A DNA stretch of 27,780 nt, from the IMG/VR virus record IMGVR_UViG_3300040971_000056, positions 1-27,780 of that record; one strand, given 5' to 3'. Positions 1 through 5,955 of this stretch are shown here, one piece after another (position 1 is the stretch's first letter; each line of letters opens with the position of its first letter). The position numbers and the translations under genes are program-made. Under the pieces are notes generated by a model. It made no database searches, was not told the DNA's origin, and saw only the letters and a list, made by a program, of their open reading frames with translations. Source of the DNA: a virus. Lineage: Duplodnaviria; Caudoviricetes.

Positions 1-140
1 TACCTCCAGTTAATTTCGCATTCTTCGCAAATGTAAAGCCAGCCATACTCGCCAAACTTTACCGCCACAATCATCTTGGAACAAAAAGGACACTTCTCGG
101 GATGAGCACGGAAATATTCTCTCTTTTCTTCCTCCGTCAT
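1..140 (-). CDS. Small zinc-ribbon protein (~46 aa, stop at or just past the window edge)
   Basis: Hand-translated: MTEEEKREYFRAHPEKCPFCSKMIVAVKFGEYGWLYICEECEINWR. Two CxxC pairs, GAGGAG RBS, ATGA overlap with the upstream gene's stop. Confidence 0.7.
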   Translation of the reverse strand, partial: MTEEEKREYFRAHPEKCPFCSKMIVAVKFGEYGWLYICEECEINWR

Positions 141-364
141 ATTAAATTCTCCTCAATCTCCTGCAGGATGGTAACTTCTTTAGGGGTCAACTCGGTACAC
201 AGCACTAAACACATACCAACTCTATCAGCTGCACCCCAAACTATCTCAAATTTGCCATCGGTAAGGTCAGAAGCAATGCGGATGAAATTGGTTGCCTGAT
301 CCTCGGTGATACCAAAAGGGGAAGTCTCATACCACTGGTCCCGCTGGTTAAATATCTCTGACAT
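137..364 (-). CDS. Hypothetical protein (75 aa)
   Basis: ORF 137..460 re-started at ATG 364 (MSEIFNQR...), which has a GAGGTG RBS and follows the previous stop at 366. Confidence 0.7.
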   Translation of the reverse strand: MSEIFNQRDQWYETSPFGITEDQATNFIRIASDLTDGKFEIVWGAADRVGMCLVLCTELTPKEVTILQEIEENLI

Positions 365-365
365 G

Positions 366-587
366 TTACACCTCGTCGTCTTCGTTGTAAATAAATGCTT
401 GATTAGGGGTATCAGATGAATGAAGCACAAAAACGACAATTCCAGCCGACTCCAACACATTGTAATCTATAATCAAACTGGCCCGATCATCCTCTGGTTT
501 CTTAATAGCGACAAGCACATTAACTTCTTCACAACGAGCAATAGCTCTTTTTAAATCATCTAATGCATCCCTCTGTGAATAGTTCAT
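366..587 (-). CDS. Hypothetical protein (73 aa)
   Basis: ATG 587 (MNYSQRDAL...) with AGGAG RBS, tightly packed in the leftward operon. Confidence 0.7.
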   Translation of the reverse strand: MNYSQRDALDDLKRAIARCEEVNVLVAIKKPEDDRASLIIDYNVLESAGIVVFVLHSSDTPNQAFIYNEDDEV

Positions 588-595
588 AATTTCTC

Positions 596-973
596 CTATT
601 GAATTGAAAGACGACCACAACAAGCACAATGATGCCCCGGGTGATCTTGTTTGTTACTGGCTGACAAAAAATCGTTCTGGGAGCGAATGAATTCGTTGGT
701 CAGGCAATGTGGGCAGATAGGGCCAAATAAAGTGTCGATTAAATTAGGGTACTTCCTGAAATCATCGCTAACATTACTGACTACAACAGAAGTAAGCACA
801 CGGGGAACCAGGGCCCCAAACATATTAACTAGGCACTTCCAGCGGATAATCGCCAAAGTGCATTCCTTGTAGACGTGTGTCTCGTCTGTTCGCCTTATTA
901 AATCGGCTGTGGCTGCAACTTTATCGGTCCACGATGGCAAGGCAGCTTTTTTGGGTCTGATCATCTTAGCCAT
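596..973 (-). CDS. Hypothetical protein with C-terminal Cys cluster (CPHC...CACC), possible Zn binding
   Basis: 125-aa ORF, GGGGG RBS, starts 1 nt after the upstream stop. Confidence 0.7.
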   Translation of the reverse strand: MAKMIRPKKAALPSWTDKVAATADLIRRTDETHVYKECTLAIIRWKCLVNMFGALVPRVLTSVVVSNVSDDFRKYPNLIDTLFGPICPHCLTNEFIRSQNDFLSASNKQDHPGHHCACCGRLSIQ

Positions 974-974
974 G

Positions 975-1235
975 TTATTCCCCCAGATTCAATTTTTTGA
1001 AGATCTTATTAAGTACCGTATTAATGTGATCATCGTTAATTCCCAGTTTGTGAAGCACACCAGTAGCATAATAGCTCAACCCCGCCGCCCAAAAGCAGTC
1101 CCACATAAAACGCTTTTTTAAATCTTTCACTCTATCACCAGTCTTTAACTCTCGATAATGCTTCTGCATATCAAATTCCGGAATGGTTCTAATCTCGCGC
1201 TCCATAAACGCCAGCTGGTCTGCAGTGATTTTCAT
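975..1235 (-). CDS. Hypothetical protein (86 aa)
   Basis: ATG 1235 (MKITADQL...) preceded by GGAGGACGAAAA. The longer 1415 start lacks an RBS. Confidence 0.75.
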   Translation of the reverse strand: MKITADQLAFMEREIRTIPEFDMQKHYRELKTGDRVKDLKKRFMWDCFWAAGLSYYATGVLHKLGINDDHINTVLNKIFKKLNLGE

Positions 1236-1379
1236 TTTTCGTCCTCCGATTAATTTGGTTATCCATGGCAGCACAGCGCTGCCGGAAACTACATTAAAAC
1301 ATGTGGGAAACTCCTTTACAAGTACATCTTTGTACACTCGCGCACACGAGGGGCGATGACGTTTGGAGTTTGTTACTTG

Positions 1380-1438
1380 AACAAGGACCAAGAAGCACAT
1401 AGGGAATTTAAACAAGGACCAAGAAGCACATAGGGAAT
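1380..1438. repeat. Perfect 28-bp direct repeat x2 (AACAAGGACCAAGAAGCACATAGGGAAT), 31-bp period
   Basis: Copies at 1380-1407 and 1411-1438, read directly. Confidence 0.95.
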
Positions 1439-2189
1439 CCGGGCGATATTTAGGATTGGCTCTTTAACTGTTGTGCTATTCGACCGACAGCTGGCCGTGT
1501 ATATGCATTAAAAGCTCCGGAAAGCTGTATGAGCGAAAAGACTATCCAGTCCAGAACTCTTAAGAACGACAACATACAACCCCAGATTGAGGCCCTCCGC
1601 TTTTTTGTCCTTTTCCGTTTTCTTCTTTTCCCTTAAAAGGCCCGTCTCTTTTAAAAGAAGGCCCTGTGTGCTTATTCTTCTCTATCTGTTTGATAATTAC
1701 TATCTTTAAATGAGGCAGAGGATTGTTGCCGCTTGGTGTTCACTAAAGGCTTCGAGACAGGTCAAGTTAAGGGTGAGCTAAAGCCGTGCAGGCCGTGTAT
1801 GTCTGATGATACAGAGTCTCTTGTTGTCTGGTTCAGTTCTCTAACACACAGCCCGTGTCCTTGGGACTAGGTAATTTACCAACTGTGTGCACCCCGGAGT
1901 ACAGAACGAGGCAACTAACCAACTGCACAACTTTAAACAAAGGCTTTAACCTCACCATTACATACCGCTTCTGACCGACAGCCCCCGTCCTTAAAGGGCC
2001 GATACGCTAGTTGGCCGTGTGGAGGCGAATGCCTTCACGTCGTCCATGACCTCCCAGAAAGAGCTACAACGGACCGGCAACATCACCACACTTACCACTT
2101 GGTTAATAACTGAACAACATCATACCGACAACATCTAAATGGACGGGCTAAATCCGTTCTAAATCGTTCGTTCGAGAAGCCCCCAAAGA

Positions 2190-2408
2190 TTAGTACAAAT
2201 TGTAGAGGCGGTTGATTTCGGACCGGTACTCCGCCTCTGAATCCATCCACATTTCCAAATGCGCGATGTCGAAGGAAATGTTGATGATGTTTTGCACAAA
2301 ATAGACCGGGGAAGCCTGCTCGATCACGTAGTACAAAAAGTTTGTAGCATGGATTGAATCGGCAACGTTGGCAAAAGTGGTCTCGATGTCAAATTTTTTC
2401 GTTTTCAT
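2190..2408 (-). CDS. Hypothetical protein (72 aa)
   Basis: ATG 2408 (MKTKKFDIE...) with AGGAG RBS. Confidence 0.7.
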   Translation of the reverse strand: MKTKKFDIETTFANVADSIHATNFLYYVIEQASPVYFVQNIINISFDIAHLEMWMDSEAEYRSEINRLYNLY

Positions 2409-2444
2409 GATGGTGCTCCTATTTTGAATGATGGGTGGCAAATG

Positions 2445-2679
2445 CCATGGGACGTGTTTTGCTGGGCAGTTGTAAAAGGCACCGGGCCATATTCTGCCAC
2501 ACACAGAGCAAATTAGCACGGACGCCGGATACTTCTCTGCGTTACGATGGGCGTATTTTGCAAGCTAGCTGTAATGGGATAAGTGTCATTTGCGCCTCAC
2601 AGTGAAAGTTAACGCTGCATTTGGATACTTCTCTGCCGAATCAGATAATGCGCATTTCGCGTAGCTGTTGGTGTTTCAT
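2445..2679 (-). repeat. Diverged tandem repeat of a 96-99 bp unit (~2.4 copies), possibly a decayed repeat-protein gene
   Basis: Identical 14-mer GGATACTTCTCTGC at 2527 and 2623. Related TAGCTGT/CAGTTGT blocks at 2467, 2566 and 2662. GGAGG RBS plus ATG at 2679, but TGA after 12 codons. Confidence 0.6.
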
Positions 2680-2692
2680 TGTTTACCTCCTG

Positions 2693-2926
2693 TTAGGTAA
2701 GAGGGAAATGTGCTATAAAGCTGGGCCTCTGCCTTGTGTAGCACTTGATCTTATAACTGATAGCACCAAGTTCTTCACACTTTTTATATAATTCCCAGAG
2801 TAGCACACCATTTGCATCGTCAATCCTCCACAATTTCACAAAATAAGACTTCTTGCGATTGTACGAAAAGATTGCCACGCAGCTATTACCAATGATCTTT
2901 TTTAACTCCTTTCGTCCGTTTCTCAT
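2693..2926 (-). CDS. Hypothetical protein (77 aa)
   Basis: ATG 2926 (MRNGRKELKK...) in TAATG overlap, GGAGGTGG RBS. Confidence 0.7.
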   Translation of the reverse strand: MRNGRKELKKIIGNSCVAIFSYNRKKSYFVKLWRIDDANGVLLWELYKKCEELGAISYKIKCYTRQRPSFIAHFPLT

Positions 2927-3147
2927 TATTCCACCTCCTTCCATTTAGATTTAACATCCCCTAAGTAGCACCACGCTCTATGGCACAACTCGTATTCCGG
3001 TAGACCCGGTTGAAAAACAACCAAATAGGCTAGCCTAAAGTCGTTTCTGGTTTTGAGCGCCATTCTACCAACAAACTCTTCACCAGCCCTTTTGATAGAG
3101 ATACGTCGTTGGAGTTTCTTTTTGTAGTTTAATTCTTCTGATGTCAT
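2926..3147 (-). CDS. Hypothetical protein (73 aa)
   Basis: ATG 3147 (MTSEELNYKK...) in TAATG overlap, GGGAGGTGG RBS. Confidence 0.7.
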   Translation of the reverse strand: MTSEELNYKKKLQRRISIKRAGEEFVGRMALKTRNDFRLAYLVVFQPGLPEYELCHRAWCYLGDVKSKWKEVE

Positions 3148-3290
3148 TATACCACCTCCCTTGATGCTAATAAAGTGTTTATCACGTTTACCTGCAAACT
3201 CACCATCTGGTCTGCTGTCCAATTCTCTACCTTTGCATAATGCAAAAGCTCAAATACCATTTCCTGCTCTTCCTGTGTTAATTTTGACAT
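3147..3290 (-). CDS. Small hypothetical protein (47 aa), absent from ORF track
   Basis: MSKLTQEEQEMVFELLHYAKVENWTADQMVSLQVNVINTLLASREVV. GGGGGACGACAA RBS, and its stop couples to the next ATG. Confidence 0.7.
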   Translation of the reverse strand: MSKLTQEEQEMVFELLHYAKVENWTADQMVSLQVNVINTLLASREVV

Positions 3291-3310
3291 TTGTCGTCCC
3301 CCTTTAAGAT

Positions 3311-3436
3311 TTATGCACATGCCAGCAGTTTGATCAACTTAATTGCCCACTCATTTGCTTCTTTGTTCTTGCCGCAGTTCTTGTAGGCGATGGCCTTGGC
3401 CAAAGCCCGTGCTACTTCGCTTCTATTAATTTCCAT
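3311..3436 (-). CDS. Small hypothetical protein (41 aa), absent from ORF track
   Basis: MEINRSEVARALAKAIAYKNCGKNKEANEWAIKLIKLLACA. AAGGAG RBS, helical-hairpin-like composition. Confidence 0.7.
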   Translation of the reverse strand: MEINRSEVARALAKAIAYKNCGKNKEANEWAIKLIKLLACA

Positions 3437-3614
3437 TGTAGTTCTCCTTTAGTGTGTAGTTTCTGCCATTGGCAATGTTGGCCACTGCCATTAATCTACC
3501 ATTATTGTTATAGTAGCAACAACTGTTGAAAATCTTCCTTACTGAGAAGTTTTCCACAAAGCTATAAAAATTGCTTCTACCAAATGACTCTTTCCAACCT
3601 TTAATTTCTTTCAT
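3426..3614 (-). CDS. Hypothetical protein (62 aa)
   Basis: GGAGGACGACAATG start context. Confidence 0.7.
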   Translation of the reverse strand: MKEIKGWKESFGRSNFYSFVENFSVRKIFNSCCYYNNNGRLMAVANIANGRNYTLKENYNGN

Positions 3615-3639
3615 TGTCGTCCTCCATTAATTTTGAGTT

Positions 3640-3670
3640 GGGGGCTAGGGCCATTCCCGGCCCCCTTTTT
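3640..3670 (+). terminator. Intrinsic terminator-like hairpin, with U-tract on the + strand
   Basis: GGGGGCTAGGG-ccatt-CCCGGCCCCC followed by TTTTT, intergenic. Confidence 0.55.
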
Positions 3671-3673
3671 GAA

Positions 3674-4252
3674 TTACGCGTTTATATCATCATTCTCGCG
3701 TTTCTTAGCATTCCTGAGGATGTTACCACAATTCATTCTCAGCATTCCAGGATTCCTGCCCTCGTTCCTGTCTGACAACCACTGCTGGATACCGGTGGTA
3801 TTCCAGTCATAACCAGAATTGGCGAACTGCTTCCCAACTTTCTTGGACAACCCAATATCGATGGGAAGCTGGGCAAGGGCAGAGGCCACATAATTAATAA
3901 CCATGTCCTCACTCAACCCCCTGAGCACGTCTGCGGTATCATCACCGATGTCATACGTGTCCCTACCACTCACGGTCACACCCAAACCCTTGATGTAATT
4001 ATCATGGTTGGGGAACAACTTCACTGACAACATGAAACCACAGTGGTCACAAGGCTGGTTCATCCGGGCCAACCCATTGTGACCCCCACACTCAGGACAC
4101 TTGATCTTCCTGAGGGTGTTAATATCACGGGTCATCACGGTGGTGGTGTTCTTACGTCTTATCGGTTTAGCTACATTCATGGTGTTCTCCTTGGTTAAGG
4201 TTGATACGTTAACTACGGCTACGGTTGATTTGGTGGTTTTGGTGGTTTTCAT
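3674..4252 (-). CDS. Hypothetical protein with zinc ribbon (CPEC...CDHC) and Thr/Lys-rich N-terminus
   Basis: 192-aa ORF, AAGGAG RBS. Confidence 0.8.
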   Translation of the reverse strand: MKTTKTTKSTVAVVNVSTLTKENTMNVAKPIRRKNTTTVMTRDINTLRKIKCPECGGHNGLARMNQPCDHCGFMLSVKLFPNHDNYIKGLGVTVSGRDTYDIGDDTADVLRGLSEDMVINYVASALAQLPIDIGLSKKVGKQFANSGYDWNTTGIQQWLSDRNEGRNPGMLRMNCGNILRNAKKRENDDINA

Positions 4253-4271
4253 GGTGGTTCTCCTTATTTTA

Positions 4272-4375
4272 CTATTTTATACGTCCATCACATAACATCA
4301 TGATAATAGGTAATACCGTCATTGCCACTATCAGGCACAACGCAACTAAACCTTCTTTTTTTCTTTCTTTGTCAT
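4272..4375 (-). CDS. Putative 34-aa single-TM protein requiring a -1 shift at A AAA AAG (otherwise a 9-aa peptide)
   Basis: GGAGGACGAACAA-ATG. Frame 0 gives MTKKEKKKV*. The -1 frame gives MTKKEKKEGLVALCLIVAMTVLPIIMMLCDGRIK*, ending just before the next RBS. Confidence 0.5.
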
Positions 4376-4703
4376 TTGTTCGTCCTCCGTTTGTTGTTAT
4401 TTAGCCTTATGGCCCTATATACTATATACTTAATGGGTCCCCTTAGGGATGTATATACATTGCGCGCACACACACATCGGTCAGTTAGAAAGTTGTCTTT
4501 CTTTTTTCCCTTTTTTTCCGATGTCGAATTTTCCAATTAATATAACATATAACCAGACCCCAAGATCATTGGTCGACTATCGTTCATCATGGGTATTTTG
4601 TCATTGGTCTGCTATTACCGTTCTAGGGTCATTCATCATTTGTTTGGACTCCCTGTGTGCTTCTGTGTTTGTACTCGTTCTTTTAACATTTGCATTTTCA
4701 ACC

Positions 4704-4733
4704 TTGACTTTGGGCCTATTTGTATGGTAAAAT
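4704..4733 (+). promoter_or_regulatory. Sigma70-type promoter for the packaging/virion operon
   Basis: TTGACT (4704-4709), N18, TAAAAT (4728-4733) with extended -10 TG at 4725-4726, about 40 nt upstream of the terS start. Confidence 0.6.
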
Positions 4734-4773
4734 AAGTGAAAGGCAAGCACTGGATTTCAACGGAGAAGGTATA

Positions 4774-5196
4774 GTGGATATAGATTGGAAACAAATAAAA
4801 GATGTGTGGGAAACCGACGCTGACAAGCTGGGCCAGTTGGCCACTAAGTTTGGTGTGTCTATGGTTGCCATATCATTAAAGGCGCGTCAATCTGAGTGGG
4901 GCGAGAAGAATTGCCGCAAGAGGATTGTGCCATCTTTTGATGTCGATATCCTCAATGATACGCAAGTGAATTTGGCTCATAAGACCGATTTGGGCAGGCT
5001 TAGACTTTTGGCTGCTTGTGTGATGGAGCATTTGCAGTTCGAGTCCAATTACATGGAAATACTCAAAGCAACTGAACGGTTAGCAAAAATTTATTCGCAA
5101 GTTATTCCCCTTGAACGTAAAGTGTTTGGTATGGATGGTGATGTCGACGACTCCCCTGATAGTATAACCCTAACCTTAGGTAAAAGAAATGGCTAA
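4774..5196 (+). CDS. terS: Terminase small subunit (putative)
   Basis: GTG 4774 after GGAGAAGG. N-terminal 'IDWKQIKDVWET...LATKFGVS...A..SEW' HTH pattern typical of TerS, upstream of TerL. Confidence 0.7.
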   Translation: MDIDWKQIKDVWETDADKLGQLATKFGVSMVAISLKARQSEWGEKNCRKRIVPSFDVDILNDTQVNLAHKTDLGRLRLLAACVMEHLQFESNYMEILKATERLAKIYSQVIPLERKVFGMDGDVDDSPDSITLTLGKRNG

Positions 5197-5326
5197 GAAA
5201 TGTGATACCCCCGTGCCCGCTCCTAAGGGTGCTGTACCCACCGCTAAGGGTGCTGCCCCCAAACCGATGAACCCCAGTAAAATGGCTGCAATTGTGAAGT
5301 CGGGCGGTTTCGGGAAGAAAAAATAA
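5189..5326 (+). CDS. Small basic Pro/Ala/Lys-rich protein (45 aa), absent from ORF track
   Basis: MAKKCDTPVPAPKGAVPTAKGAAPKPMNPSKMAAIVKSGGFGKKK, overlapping the terS stop by 8 nt. Confidence 0.6.
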   Translation: MAKKCDTPVPAPKGAVPTAKGAAPKPMNPSKMAAIVKSGGFGKKK

Positions 5327-5333
5327 CAAACTT

Positions 5334-5394
5334 GGCTGGGGGATAGGTCTGCAGACCGATAAGAAGTCCATCCAACTTCTTCCCCTTGCTTTTT
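5334..5394 (+). ncRNA. Three-way-junction structured RNA element upstream of the HNH gene (c4-antisense-like architecture)
   Basis: Outer stem GGCTGGGGGA/TCCCCTTGCT, hairpin GGTC-TGCA-GACC, GATA linker, hairpin AGAAGT-CCATCCA-ACTTCT, then a U-run. Confidence 0.5.
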
Positions 5395-5421
5395 ATTAAT
5401 GGATACTGAATCGGGAGGTTC

Positions 5422-5949
5422 ATGATGTTGACACAAGAAAGATTAAAAGAATTACTTGATTACAATCCGGAAACTGGAATCTTTGTTTGGAAGATTGGTT
5501 CTACAAATGGTATGCGGGTTAAGGGTACTAAAGCAGGACATATAAAGAAAAATGGTTATGTGGAAATAAGAGTAGGTTATAAAAACTATTCAGCACACCG
5601 ACTCGCTTTCCTTTATATGGAAGGGTACCTTCCAGAGGGTCAAGTTGACCATGAGGATCGCATCAAAGATCATAATTGGTGGAACAATTTGAGGGAAGCT
5701 TCCCCGCAGTGCCAAACCAGAAATACCGGACTAAATTCTTTAAACACCTCTGGGGTAAAGGGGGTTAATTGGAATAGTTGTAGGAAAAAATGGTATGTAC
5801 AAATAAAACTAAATGGAAAACAAAAGTTTTTGGGTAGTTTTTCTGATTTTAATGAAGCGGCGGCACACAGATTTGCCATTGAACAGTGTATTGGATGGGT
5901 TAATTGTGATATAAACTCTTCAGCAGGTAGTTATTTAAAAGGTAGGTGA
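5422..5949 (+). CDS. Free-standing HNH homing endonuclease with C-terminal AP2 DNA-binding domain
   Basis: LTQERLKELLDYNPETGIF, AHRLAFLYMEG, VDHEDRIKDHNWWNNLR and NTSGVKGV..W..KKWYVQI..NGKQKFLGSF motifs. GGGAGG RBS. Confidence 0.9.
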   Translation: MMLTQERLKELLDYNPETGIFVWKIGSTNGMRVKGTKAGHIKKNGYVEIRVGYKNYSAHRLAFLYMEGYLPEGQVDHEDRIKDHNWWNNLREASPQCQTRNTGLNSLNTSGVKGVNWNSCRKKWYVQIKLNGKQKFLGSFSDFNEAAAHRFAIEQCIGWVNCDINSSAGSYLKGR

Positions 5950-5955
5950 TGTTCA

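Noticed and set aside
1380-1438. Mini-CRISPR array
   Set aside because: Only two copies separated by 3 nt, with no spacer and no cas genes.
4101-4730. Hydrophobic + strand ORFs (4101-4295, 4322-4540, 4449-4730)
   Set aside because: They arise from T-rich regulatory or antisense sequence, have no RBS, and overlap better-supported minus-strand genes and the promoter.
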